A stretch of 63,808 nucleotides of DNA, counting the filler. It is 5 parts of 5 records of this genome, joined end to end, with 100 filler letters (N's around TTAATTAATTAA, not from the genome) between each part and the next. Parts side by side here need not be neighbours in the genome. Positions count along the whole stretch, not along the records: positions 20,095 to 32,282 come from DRR723986_7093; positions 32,383 to 46,327 come from DRR723986_7096; 3 more parts are not named here. One strand, written 5' to 3'. The position numbers were made by a program, and so were the translations under genes. Shown here piece by piece: positions 27,711 to 36,879 of the stretch. The stretch's first letter is position 1. The number at the start of each line of letters is the position of its first letter. Below the pieces are notes generated by a model. It was not told the origin of the DNA, did no database searches, and saw only the letters and a program-made list of their open reading frames with translations.

Positions 27711-29326
27711 TGGTCTTTCCTCCCACTGAACACGACCCTTGCCATGGCGTGCACCAGAACACCAAACAGGGTGGCTGCCACCAGCAACCAGCCAATCCGG
27801 TCCAGCCAGACACTACCGTTGTGGCCTGGCATATAAATACCACCCAGCCCCGCCAGCCGGCTTTCAGCCTTGTGGCAACTGCCGCACTTCACCGCCTGTT
27901 CAGCGGGTGCCACCATGTGGGTGATCGGCCAGTGCATGGTGGTTTCGATAAAGCTGAACTCACCACTGTAGGGCATGCCAGACAGATCACTGGCGGCTTG
28001 CAGGGCTTTCTCCCAACTGAAATTGCTCCACAAAGAGGTATCATCGGCACCGAACACATGGGTGGCCAGCAAGGTCTGTCTCTCGGTATCAAACGGCTGC
28101 TTTCCACGCATCACCTTGAACGGCCAGATGCGGGATTCACCATTATCAGGGCTGCCTTCCACCCGGTTAATGGCCACCGGCGGATTCTCGATATCCAGCG
28201 GATCCCCGGCCAGGGTATATTTCACTGTGCCATCAAACCAGGCGTACTCCGGCACCACATTCTCGCCATGGCGGAAATCCCCTTTTTCACTGAGGTAGCT
28301 CGGGTGGCCATGGTCGTCCAGCTGTTTTATTGGCTGTCCGTTTTCATCCAGCCGACCGGCGGTGGACCAGTCCCACCAGGTCTTGGTGGGCACCCCGCCC
28401 CGGGCAAAAGCCGGGATGTGGCAGGTCTGGCAGGCGAGTTTGTCTACGTGGTCGTTCAGTTTTGGCTTGTCGTGGGGCGCAAGGCCATGGCAGGACTCGC
28501 AACTGGCCCGGGAGAAATCCGTATGGCCCGGCACATCAATGCCCAGGGTATCCCGGGCATTGGCCTGGTACCGGCTGCCGGATACCGCATGCCCCATGGT
28601 GGTGTGGCAGTCAGAACAGCCGAAATTCAGGCCCTCCGGCGACATGTGCACATCCAGTGATTTTGGTGGATTAATCAGAGACGTATCCAGATCACCGTGC
28701 TTCACGCCGTCGGCGCCGCCTCCATGGAAGTGGCAGCTACCGCAATTGGCCCGGCCACTGGCGCCCACATTCCGGGCAATGCGCTCCAGGTCCGGCGGCT
28801 GGACCATTTTGCCGCTGCCCTTGGGCCATTCCCGGGGAATATAGGTGGGGTGGCCCGCCAGCGTCGGGAATTTCCAATACTCGCCTGTGGTGTCGTGGCA
28901 CACCAGGCAATCCACAGCATTCTCGGCCTGCGGCGGTGGCTCACGCATATCGTTCCAGCCGTAACCCACATGGCACGACGTACACCGGGGCTCGTTGGTA
29001 ATGGTCATCCCGCAAAAGCTGTTGATGACCTTGCTTTTGCCCAGGGTCTGCCCGGTTTCGTCATGCTCGTAGAGCCAGGTCCAGTGAGTAGTCTGGCGAA
29101 TCTGTTCACCGGCCTCGGTATGGCAGGTCAGGCAGGCCGCCGTCACGTCTTCCGCGCGGTCAAAGGGGCCCTGCAATGCCTTGAACTTGCTGTGATCTGC
29201 CGTGGTGGTCGATTTCCCGTTTACAGGCGCTATCGAGGCGGACCCATTCGCGGCAAATACCAGGCTGGCAACGAGCACCAACCATTTGAGCGAAAAAAGC
29301 ATTCGCAGGGCTCTCTTGTTGTTCAT
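27707..29326 (-). CDS. otr: Octaheme tetrathionate reductase-family cytochrome c
   Basis: Eight CxxCH motifs, ADHSKF, NSFC, VKHGDLD, WDWSTAG, signal peptide and C-terminal TM. Confidence 0.9.
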   Translation of the reverse strand: MNNKRALRMLFSLKWLVLVASLVFAANGSASIAPVNGKSTTTADHSKFKALQGPFDRAEDVTAACLTCHTEAGEQIRQTTHWTWLYEHDETGQTLGKSKVINSFCGMTITNEPRCTSCHVGYGWNDMREPPPQAENAVDCLVCHDTTGEYWKFPTLAGHPTYIPREWPKGSGKMVQPPDLERIARNVGASGRANCGSCHFHGGGADGVKHGDLDTSLINPPKSLDVHMSPEGLNFGCSDCHTTMGHAVSGSRYQANARDTLGIDVPGHTDFSRASCESCHGLAPHDKPKLNDHVDKLACQTCHIPAFARGGVPTKTWWDWSTAGRLDENGQPIKQLDDHGHPSYLSEKGDFRHGENVVPEYAWFDGTVKYTLAGDPLDIENPPVAINRVEGSPDNGESRIWPFKVMRGKQPFDTERQTLLATHVFGADDTSLWSNFSWEKALQAASDLSGMPYSGEFSFIETTMHWPITHMVAPAEQAVKCGSCHKAESRLAGLGGIYMPGHNGSVWLDRIGWLLVAATLFGVLVHAMARVVFSGRKDQ

Positions 29327-29406
29327 ATCGGCACCATCCACTCAGATGAGCATCTGAATTGAGTCTAGTTACACAGAGCGGGATTTCCCGGCGACGTGTA
29401 AAAGCA

Positions 29407-29420
29407 TTGAGCAAAATCAA
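29407..29420. promoter_or_regulatory. FNR/Anr-like box in otr/dsrE divergent region
   Basis: TTGAG-CAAA-ATCAA, one mismatch to consensus. Confidence 0.55.
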
Positions 29421-29445
29421 TCTATCGCTCTGTGGCGTGCAGAAC

Positions 29446-29460
29446 AGTGACATTGTCACT
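29446..29460. promoter_or_regulatory. Perfect palindrome, candidate regulator site
   Basis: AGTGACA-T-TGTCACT. Confidence 0.45.
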
Positions 29461-29523
29461 GAAGCCTCAATAGCCCTGGTTCTACGATTGGCATGTAAAC
29501 CATCAAAACTCAGGAGTTACCCC

Positions 29524-29985
29524 ATGACGAATGCCATCAAGACCTTTGCACTGGCGCTGTTGTTCGCGGCCCCACTGACTGCAATGGCGGAGAATCAAAA
29601 AGCGAAAGACGGCAATAGAGGAAACACCGTGGAAGAGGTTCTGGTGATTCTCTCCAGCGACTCCCTGCAAACCCAGGGTATGGCGATGGTGCTGTCCAAC
29701 ACTATGGCCCAGAAGGGTGCCAAGGTGAATGTGCTGCTTTGCGACGAAGCCGGCGACCTGGCTCTGAAAGCCTATAAAGCCGAGCCCCTGGCGCCGAAAA
29801 ACGTCACTCCGGGGCAGATGTTGCGCGGGCTTATGAAAGCCGGTGGTGCGGTGAATGTTTGTGCGCTGTATCTACCCAACAGCGAGTACAGCAAAGACGA
29901 TCTGCTTGACGGTGTCGGCGTTGCGACCCCGCCGGCCATGGCCGGCCAGATGCTGGATCGCAAGATGCGCACCTTCACTTTCTGA
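29524..29985 (+). CDS. Exported DsrE-like protein
   Basis: AGGAG RBS, signal peptide ending AMA, VNVLLCDEAG and VCALYL. Confidence 0.7.
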   Translation: MTNAIKTFALALLFAAPLTAMAENQKAKDGNRGNTVEEVLVILSSDSLQTQGMAMVLSNTMAQKGAKVNVLLCDEAGDLALKAYKAEPLAPKNVTPGQMLRGLMKAGGAVNVCALYLPNSEYSKDDLLDGVGVATPPAMAGQMLDRKMRTFTF

Positions 29986-30069
29986 GGCCGGACATAGTTC
30001 CGGTGTTTTTCATGCGCCAGCCTCTATCGGGCTGGCGCTTTTGGTTACAAGCAAACAACGAGGTATCCG

Positions 30070-31035
30070 ATGGCGCATAGCGACGTTTCACGGCTACAGA
30101 ACTTCCCGGTTTCCTGGTTTGCCACAGTCATGGGGCTTGCCGGTTTGACCATTGCCCTGCACCGGGCAGAGGCGATACTCGGGTGGAGCATTCACCCAAG
30201 CCCTGCACTTCTGGCATTGACCGTGGCCGTGTTCGCCACGCTGGCCGGCCTCTACCTGTTAAAACTGGCCAGACACCCCGCCAGTGTCAAAGCTGAACTG
30301 AGCCATCCGGTCAAACTCAACTTTTTTCCGACCATTTCGATTGGCCTGATACTGATCAGCATTGCCCTTCTGCCTCATTATCCGGGCTTATCACAGATTG
30401 TCTGGACCGCCGGCACTGTGCTGCATTTCGGCTTCACGCTGTATGTGCTGTCGATCTGGATCCATCACACCCATTTCGAGATTAACCATATGAACCCGGC
30501 CTGGTTCATCCCGATTGTGGGCAACATCCTGGTACCCGTCGCCGGAGTGCATCACGCGTCGGTGGAAATTTCCTGGTTCTTTTTCAGCATCGGGCTGCTG
30601 TTCTGGCTGGTGCTGCTGACCATTATTTTTAATCGAATGTTCTTCCATCAACCGCTACCGGGAAAGCTGCTGCCTACACTGTTTATCCTGATAGCACCAC
30701 CCGGCGTCGGAATGGTGTCCTGGTTACAGCTGAACGGAGGAGAAGTGGACGCCTTCGCCCGGATTCTCTACTACAGCGCACTGTTCCTTACCCTGATGCT
30801 GTTTACCCAGACATCCCGATTCATCAAGGTACCGTTCGCCCTGTCCTGGTGGGCCTATTCATTCCCCATGGCGGCAATCACCATTGCCACACTGTTGATG
30901 CATCAAAGCCTGGAGCTGGTCTTCCTGAAATGGTTGGGGCTGATCTTGCTGGTCGTGCTTTGCCTGCTGATTACCGGGCTGGTGATCAGAACCGCAGTTG
31001 CGGTGCGGCGGCGGGAAATCTGCGTGGAGGAGTGA
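30070..31035 (+). CDS. SLAC1/TDT (TehA-like) anion channel
   Basis: FATVMGLAGL, NFFPT, PAWFIP.VG, FILIAPP, WWAYSFP. Confidence 0.9.
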   Translation: MAHSDVSRLQNFPVSWFATVMGLAGLTIALHRAEAILGWSIHPSPALLALTVAVFATLAGLYLLKLARHPASVKAELSHPVKLNFFPTISIGLILISIALLPHYPGLSQIVWTAGTVLHFGFTLYVLSIWIHHTHFEINHMNPAWFIPIVGNILVPVAGVHHASVEISWFFFSIGLLFWLVLLTIIFNRMFFHQPLPGKLLPTLFILIAPPGVGMVSWLQLNGGEVDAFARILYYSALFLTLMLFTQTSRFIKVPFALSWWAYSFPMAAITIATLLMHQSLELVFLKWLGLILLVVLCLLITGLVIRTAVAVRRREICVEE

Positions 31036-31080
31036 AACCGGGCAGTGACGCCCGCCCAATGCAGGCGGGCGTCGTCGCTA

Positions 31081-31626
31081 TCACGGACGATAGATTTTCT
31101 CGGGGTTGGCCTTGGTCGACCAGGGCAGGCCGGAATTCTGCCAGCCGTTCTGCACACGGAATCCCTTCTTTTCGCCTTCCTTCACGGTACTGCCCTGGAA
31201 GCCGTTGTCGATGTACTTCACGTTGGTAAAGCCCCGCTCCAGCAGATAATCAGCACTGGGCTTGCCGCGGGCGGAACCGGAGCGGCACATGGTGATGATC
31301 AGGGAATCCCGCGTCAGTCCCTTTTCCTTCAGCGCGGCATCAACCTGGGCAACAAAATCCTCGTTGATGTCCATGGCGAAGACACCTTTCTCATCGTTCC
31401 AGCGCGTACGATCCACCAGCTGGAACGGAATGTTTCGGTCCACCGCATCGGTAAAGCCGATGAACATGATTTCCACCGGATCCCGGACATCAATGAACAG
31501 CAGATTGTCACCTTGCTCCTGAACCATTTCCCAGGTCTCTTCCGGGGTAACGGACAGAGCCTCCTCCGCTTGTGCTGTAGCCGCAAGGCCCAACACCAAC
31601 AACACAGACACAAGTATCGATTTCAT
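31081..31626 (-). CDS. Exported rhodanese-domain sulfurtransferase
   Basis: Signal peptide, FIDVRDPVE, CRSGSARG loop, NGWQNSGLPW. Confidence 0.88.
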   Translation of the reverse strand: MKSILVSVLLVLGLAATAQAEEALSVTPEETWEMVQEQGDNLLFIDVRDPVEIMFIGFTDAVDRNIPFQLVDRTRWNDEKGVFAMDINEDFVAQVDAALKEKGLTRDSLIITMCRSGSARGKPSADYLLERGFTNVKYIDNGFQGSTVKEGEKKGFRVQNGWQNSGLPWSTKANPEKIYRP

Positions 31627-31660
31627 GCCTTGCACTCCTGCTTTTCTGACTAGAATGTCA

Positions 31661-31685
31661 TTTTAGAATAACGATATAACCAGTA
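31661..31685 (-). promoter_or_regulatory. Shared operator/promoter motif upstream of rhodanese
   Basis: TTTTAGAATAACGATATAACCAGTA. The minus strand reads TTTACT-N16-TAAAAT around it. Confidence 0.55.
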
Positions 31686-31764
31686 AATTGACAGGAACTT
31701 GCCCGTCGAGTTCACGCGGCCAATTGCCGCAGCGGCAGTGCTGGCCGTCGTCGCAAACCCAAAA

Positions 31765-31778
31765 TTGATAGACATCAA
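31765..31778. promoter_or_regulatory. FNR/Anr box upstream of ccp
   Basis: TTGAT-AGAC-ATCAA, perfect consensus. Confidence 0.75.
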
Positions 31779-31878
31779 TTATCAGCCCGACTCTTTCCGA
31801 TTCCCCGTGCGAATTCTGAACGTTTTGTTAAGTTTGAATCAGAGAGAGACCAAGCCGTTCTCATAAGGAGAAAGCGAT

Positions 31879-32282
31879 ATGATCAAGCGTCCATTGGTTA
31901 AAGCACTCGCCCTCAGTCTGGGTGTGGTGGCGGGCTCCGCCATGGCGGACAACCTAATGGAACGGGCCAACAGCATGTTCGAGCCCATTCCAAAATACCC
32001 ACCGGTGATTGATGGCAATGAACTCACCCAGGCCAAGGTGGATCTGGGCAAGATGTTGTTCTTTGAACCGCGCCTGTCTTCCAGCCACCTGATCAGCTGC
32101 AACACCTGCCACAACGTCGGGCTGGGCGGTGATGACGAGCTGCCTACCTCTATCGGCCATGGCTGGCAGAAGGGTCCACGGAACTCGCCGACGGTGTTCA
32201 ACGCCGTATTTAACGCAGCCCAGTTCTGGGATGGCCGTGCCGCCGACCTGGCCGAACAGGCCAAAGGGCCGGTACAGGCGGG
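31879..32282 (+). CDS. ccp: Di-heme cytochrome c peroxidase (3'-truncated)
   Basis: LGKMLFFEPRLS, SCNTCHN, SIGHGWQKGPRNSPTV, QFWDGRA. Confidence 0.93.
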
Positions 32283-32382
32283 NNNNNNNNNNNNNNNNNN
32301 NNNNNNNNNNNNNNNNNNNNNNNNNNTTAATTAATTAANNNNNNNNNNNNNNNNNNNNNNNNNNNNNNNNNNNNNNNNNNNN
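32283..32382. other. Artificial contig linker
   Basis: N-run + TTAATTAATTAA + N-run. Confidence 0.99.
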
Positions 32383-32385
32383 CAC

Positions 32386-32412
32386 CAGCTGTTAGCCTGT
32401 GGCTAACAGCTG
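32386..32412. repeat. Perfect 12-bp-stem inverted repeat
   Basis: CAGCTGTTAGCC-TGT-GGCTAACAGCTG. Confidence 0.85.
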
Positions 32413-32478
32413 CTGTGGATATATTGACAGAGAGCCTCCAGACTACAAGCCCAAATCCCCAAGACCCGTAGATTTTCA

Positions 32479-32503
32479 GCTCACAGCCCTTAAGGCTGTG
32501 AGC
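32479..32503. repeat. Perfect 10-bp-stem inverted repeat
   Basis: GCTCACAGCC-CTTAA-GGCTGTGAGC. Confidence 0.85.
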
Positions 32504-32632
32504 CGGAATCTCGAACCAGAATCTCGAACCAGAATCTCATCCCAAAGGCTCAGGCCGGAATCCCGAACCAGAGTCTCATCCCAGAGTCTCATCCCAGAAG
32601 CTCATCCCAGAATCTCATCCCAGAATCTCACG
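32503..32632 (+). repeat. Tandem array of 10 x 13 bp (consensus CCAGAATCTCATC / ...CGAA)
   Basis: Units start every 13 nt from 32503 to 32620, with no spacers. Confidence 0.92.
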
Positions 32633-32807
32633 GGGCTCAAAACCTTCAGACAGACTCAAACAATTCAAGCTCCCAACCCAAAAACCAACAAAACAATCAA
32701 AAAGCCTGAGGCCGCAGCCGAAAGCAGAGCAGAGGCCAGGACTCAAAGCGGTCAAGCCCCAAATTCACAAATCGAATGTTTAACAGTTAACAGATTTAAT
32801 CCCCAAC

Positions 32808-33836
32808 CTACAATGCCAAATTGCGCGTCGTACTCAGTGAAGGTGCCGGTGAATCGCTGCTGCGGAAACGCACCGCAACATGTAATCCACGCGAAACAGA
32901 GTCGTAAAGATAAGCAGGCTGCCAGTCCAACCTATCGCCCATAAATGTGTGGTGCGAATGCAAAGTGTTAACAACAATTGCACTCTCCTGAACTACAACG
33001 CTATCCTGAAAACCCACCGCATAACCGCCCGGACGCAATTGTGTACGGCCATCCAGATAAACATCCGGCAAATAATCCACATGCGCACGCCCAGCGTATA
33101 AACGCTCCAGACGCGCCTCCAAAAGTTGTTTAACAGGCTTGGACATCGAAGTCAACCTGACCGCCTGTTCGCGTGCAAATCTTAATGTATCAGCAAATGC
33201 AAACGTCCGTGCCGGGCGCGTTTCGTACACCATAACCGGCGTGCCGTAGGGAACCAACGGATACAACTCCTCGATCGCCTCGCGCCCCATCCGCAAACAT
33301 CCATGTGAAGAGCGGCGGACACCAAGGTGCCGGTAATATGAATTGCCAACCAGACCATGCGCGCCAATGTTATAGTTAAAACCGATCCAGTGGAACATTT
33401 TGGCGTTGTCGTACTGACGCGAAATTGCAAGTGGAGCCTTGGTCTGTACCGAATAAATGCCCGTGGGCGTGTCCATGCCGTCGTGAATGCGCGGATTGCC
33501 CGAAGAAACCGGAAGACTCATGACCGTATCAATGCCGCGGCGATGGAGATGCAGATACTGCGCCTCAAGATCGACCAAAACGAAGGCGCTGCCCAGAACC
33601 CAAACCGTGTCAAACACCGGCGTATAATCCGAATGAAATCCGGCCGATTGTTGGCTTGTGGGTGTGAAGTCATGCGTGGAAACCAGTTGCGCGGCGGAGC
33701 TGTTGGTGCCCGCCTCACTGATCAGCACAAAACCGGCCAACCCGAGGTTGAGAGTCAATATGAGGGATATCGCCAATTTCATTTTCTTAGGCATTAATGC
33801 GCTGCTCATTTTGGACAAGCCTCGAAGCAGCTGCAT
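32808..33836 (-). CDS. L,D-transpeptidase (YkuD) family protein (start uncertain)
   Basis: VSSG...TPTG, IGAHG...SSHGCLRM, GTPV, N-terminal TM. Confidence 0.85.
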   Translation of the reverse strand: MQLLRGLSKMSSALMPKKMKLAISLILTLNLGLAGFVLISEAGTNSSAAQLVSTHDFTPTSQQSAGFHSDYTPVFDTVWVLGSAFVLVDLEAQYLHLHRRGIDTVMSLPVSSGNPRIHDGMDTPTGIYSVQTKAPLAISRQYDNAKMFHWIGFNYNIGAHGLVGNSYYRHLGVRRSSHGCLRMGREAIEELYPLVPYGTPVMVYETRPARTFAFADTLRFAREQAVRLTSMSKPVKQLLEARLERLYAGRAHVDYLPDVYLDGRTQLRPGGYAVGFQDSVVVQESAIVVNTLHSHHTFMGDRLDWQPAYLYDSVSRGLHVAVRFRSSDSPAPSLSTTRNLAL

Positions 33837-34044
33837 ATGTATGCGAATGTAAATTTACAATCTTCGGCGCGTTGCACAAGTCATGAAAGCAATAGAACGA
33901 TTTTTGATTCAAGCTTTGCTTGAGGCCTATCGTTCTACGCATTGAAAACAAAGGACTTGGAGCATTCAAGCTTCTGGAGTATATTGCACGGTGCCTAAGC
34001 CTGACGTGGCGTGAAAAGGCCAAAAATCTGCAAAATGAGGGATC

Positions 34045-35307
34045 ATGGATAAATTTGTCGTCAAAGGTGGAAAGAGTCTGCAGGGAACGGTGGAAGTTTC
34101 CGGCGCCAAGAATTCCTCAATCGCCATGATGCCGGCCTGTTTGCTGGCTTCCGGTATTTATCGCTTCTCGAATACACCCAACTTGCGCGACGTCTGGACG
34201 ATGTCACGCCTGCTGGGTGCGCTGGGTGTGCACTGTGAGCTGAACGGCAATGATCTGTTTATCGACTCCAGTAATATCACCAGCCGCGAGGCGCCTTACG
34301 AACACGTCAAAAAAATGCGCGCCTCCTTCTACGTCCTGGGGCCGCTTCTGGGCCGATATGGCGAAGCGCGCGTCTCACTACCGGGCGGCTGCGCCTGGGG
34401 ACCGCGCCCCGTTGACTTTCACCTGAAAGCAATGGAAAAGATGGGTGCGGTAATCGATATTGAAGGCGGTTACGTCAATGCCACGGCCGAAGCGCTGCAC
34501 GGCGCGCGGATTCAGTTTGACATGCCCTCAGTCGGCGCAACAATCAACGTCCTGATGGCTGCAGTCCTCGCCAAAGGCTCATCCCTGATCAGCAATGCCG
34601 CCGTTGAGCCCGAAGTAACCGCGCAAGCGCGTCTGCTCCAAAAAATGGGCGCGCGCATAGACGGCATCGGCACCAGTACCCTGGAAGTCGAAGGTGTGAC
34701 CGAGCTGCGCGCCTGTGACTCCGAGACAATCCCCGACAGAATTGAAGCTGCGACCTATATGATCGGCGCGGCGATGACACGCGGCAATGTTGTAGTCCAA
34801 AACGTCAATCCCTACCACTGCGCCGGCGTGATTGCCAAACTGGAAGAGTCCGGCTGTGAAGTAGACGTCAGCGGCAACGCCGTGACAGTTTCGATGGACG
34901 CAGCGCCAAAGGCGACGGACATCACAACAGCTGTTTACCCAGGCTTCCCGACCGACGTACAGGCACAATGGATGGCCTACATGCTTCTGGCCGACGGCCC
35001 GAGCCGCGTCAAAGAAACGATCTACACGGACCGATTCAAACACGTTCCGGAGCTGGTGCGCCTAGGTGCGGACGTGGAAGTTAATGACAACGTCGCTTCA
35101 ATCCGGGCCGGCAGCAAACTGACGGGAGCGACCGTCATGTCAACCGATCTGCGCGCCAGTGCTTCGCTGATTTTGGCCGCAATGGTTGCCGAAGGCCGTA
35201 CGGAGATTCTGCGCGTTTATCATATCGATCGCGGATATCAGGAGATTGAGAAAAAATTGTCGGCGCTAGGTGCCGACATCCGTCGCGAGAAGACGGAAGA
35301 GTTTTAA
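34045..35307 (+). CDS. murA: UDP-N-acetylglucosamine 1-carboxyvinyltransferase
   Basis: SGAKNS, MRAS, LPGGCAWGPRP, PDRIEA, PGFPTD, DLRA. Confidence 0.97.
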   Translation: MDKFVVKGGKSLQGTVEVSGAKNSSIAMMPACLLASGIYRFSNTPNLRDVWTMSRLLGALGVHCELNGNDLFIDSSNITSREAPYEHVKKMRASFYVLGPLLGRYGEARVSLPGGCAWGPRPVDFHLKAMEKMGAVIDIEGGYVNATAEALHGARIQFDMPSVGATINVLMAAVLAKGSSLISNAAVEPEVTAQARLLQKMGARIDGIGTSTLEVEGVTELRACDSETIPDRIEAATYMIGAAMTRGNVVVQNVNPYHCAGVIAKLEESGCEVDVSGNAVTVSMDAAPKATDITTAVYPGFPTDVQAQWMAYMLLADGPSRVKETIYTDRFKHVPELVRLGADVEVNDNVASIRAGSKLTGATVMSTDLRASASLILAAMVAEGRTEILRVYHIDRGYQEIEKKLSALGADIRREKTEEF

Positions 35308-35394
35308 TGCCTGAAGCGCCAAGGCGCATAGACTGAGAACTCCGCGCATCCAGCAGCAGCGCGGAGTTGACTGTCAGCAAAGAGGGAGAGATTT

Positions 35395-36732
35395 ATGAGG
35401 CAACGCGTACACATTTGTGAACGCGGGTGGCGCCGCAGTCGAATAGCCGACGGCGGTGACCTGCGGCTTGTCCGGCACACTCAAATGCGCTGGGCAGGAA
35501 GCCCGTCCGCGCGATGGCTGCGCCTTGGGCTGATCCTGACAATTATCGGCCTGCTCTGCTCTCCACTCCTGATTGCCGGTAGCTCAAAAGACATTAGCCG
35601 CGAGCAGCAGCGCCTCAAACGCCTGCAACAGTCGATCAACAATACACGCGCCAAGCTGCGTGAGCAGGACAAACGCGAAAAGTCCCTCAGCAGTGACCTG
35701 CAACTCTACCGCCGCCAGACTGCCGAACTCGACACCTACATCAATCTGCTTGACAATGAACTGCAACGCATGCGCGACTCAATCGGCCACACCCAAAGCC
35801 GCGTTGAAGTCCTTGATGCTCAACTCAAACAACTGCAAACCGAATATGCGCGCCTGATGCGCCGCGTCCATCGTGCCGGAGAAAACAGCGACGATGAATT
35901 ACTCCTGGCTTCGGCCGAATACGGCAGCGACATGGAACGCCAGGCGCACATCCGCTCACTGACGCAAGCCGCCTCCGCCAAAGCCGATGAGATTACAGAG
36001 CTGCGCAAAGCCATCGAGCAAGAACACGAGACGCTCAAACGTCAGGCAGAGCTCAACGACAAAATGATCATGGACGAGGTCCGTAAACGCGGAGAATATG
36101 ATGCCGCAATCTCTGAACGCGAATCCCTCCTGTCCAAAGTCCGCAACGACAAGAATGCGCTTAAAAGTGAACTGAACGAAAAAACTGCCAGCGCCGGCAA
36201 AGTCAAAAGAATCGTCGCGCTGCTGGTCGAAAAAGAACGCAAGCGCAAAGCGGAAGAAAAGCGCAAACGCGCCGCCGCAGCCAAGACGCGCGGTGGCGGC
36301 ATGACCGGCGCGCCCGTGCCTGCGGAACCGAAACATCCGGCTTTTAAGTCCAAGTCTTTGCCCTGGCCGGTTAAGAGTCGCAAAATCTCCTCACGCTTCG
36401 GCAAACAGAAAAATCCGATTACGGCGACCGAGACCGAGAACCTGGGAATCGGCATTAAAACACCGCAGGGCAGCTCAGTTGCGACTGTAGGGCCCGGAAC
36501 CGTCTCACTTGTGCACTGGCTGCCCGGCTACGGATCTTTTGTAATTGTCAACCACGGCAATGGCTTCCGCACTGTCTACGGCAACCTCTCTTCCGTACTC
36601 GTCACCGAAGGCAAAACCGTCAAGCGCGGTGACGTCCTCGGCCACAGCGGGAAATCGATTGAAGGTGAGTTCGTCCACTTTGAGATATGGAAAAATCGCG
36701 ACGTAATTGATCCGATGGCCTTCCTGCACTAA
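35395..36732 (+). CDS. envC: EnvC-like murein hydrolase activator (coiled coil + degenerate M23); true start probably later
   Basis: Long coiled coil, LPWPV, M23 fold lacking Zn ligands (ENLGIGI, YGNL), HFEIW. Confidence 0.8.
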   Translation: MRQRVHICERGWRRSRIADGGDLRLVRHTQMRWAGSPSARWLRLGLILTIIGLLCSPLLIAGSSKDISREQQRLKRLQQSINNTRAKLREQDKREKSLSSDLQLYRRQTAELDTYINLLDNELQRMRDSIGHTQSRVEVLDAQLKQLQTEYARLMRRVHRAGENSDDELLLASAEYGSDMERQAHIRSLTQAASAKADEITELRKAIEQEHETLKRQAELNDKMIMDEVRKRGEYDAAISERESLLSKVRNDKNALKSELNEKTASAGKVKRIVALLVEKERKRKAEEKRKRAAAAKTRGGGMTGAPVPAEPKHPAFKSKSLPWPVKSRKISSRFGKQKNPITATETENLGIGIKTPQGSSVATVGPGTVSLVHWLPGYGSFVIVNHGNGFRTVYGNLSSVLVTEGKTVKRGDVLGHSGKSIEGEFVHFEIWKNRDVIDPMAFLH

Positions 36733-36879
36733 GTGCGCGCGAAATTTGAAGTGGCGCAGTCGCGCAGGCTGTGTATCTTGCAAAGCGTGCCACTGGCTTT
36801 TAATGCGCCGCGCACGCACGTGAGCCCAGTTCTCCGGATTACTTTCTCGTGGCGCGTAGACGAAGTAAAGCAGCACTAG

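Noticed and set aside
27710-29362. Plus-strand ORFs of 316, 221 and 160 aa
   Set aside because: Antisense shadows of the octaheme cytochrome gene.
32503-32632. Possible CRISPR array
   Set aside because: 13-bp units are contiguous with no unique spacers, and no cas genes are present.
32399-32944. 181-aa ORF over the tandem array
   Set aside because: Low-complexity translation of a non-triplet repeat, overlapping the L,D-transpeptidase end, with no recognisable motif.
36350-36732. M23 domain lacking Zn ligands as a novel inactive peptidase
   Set aside because: A degenerate LytM domain is the normal state of EnvC-type activators.
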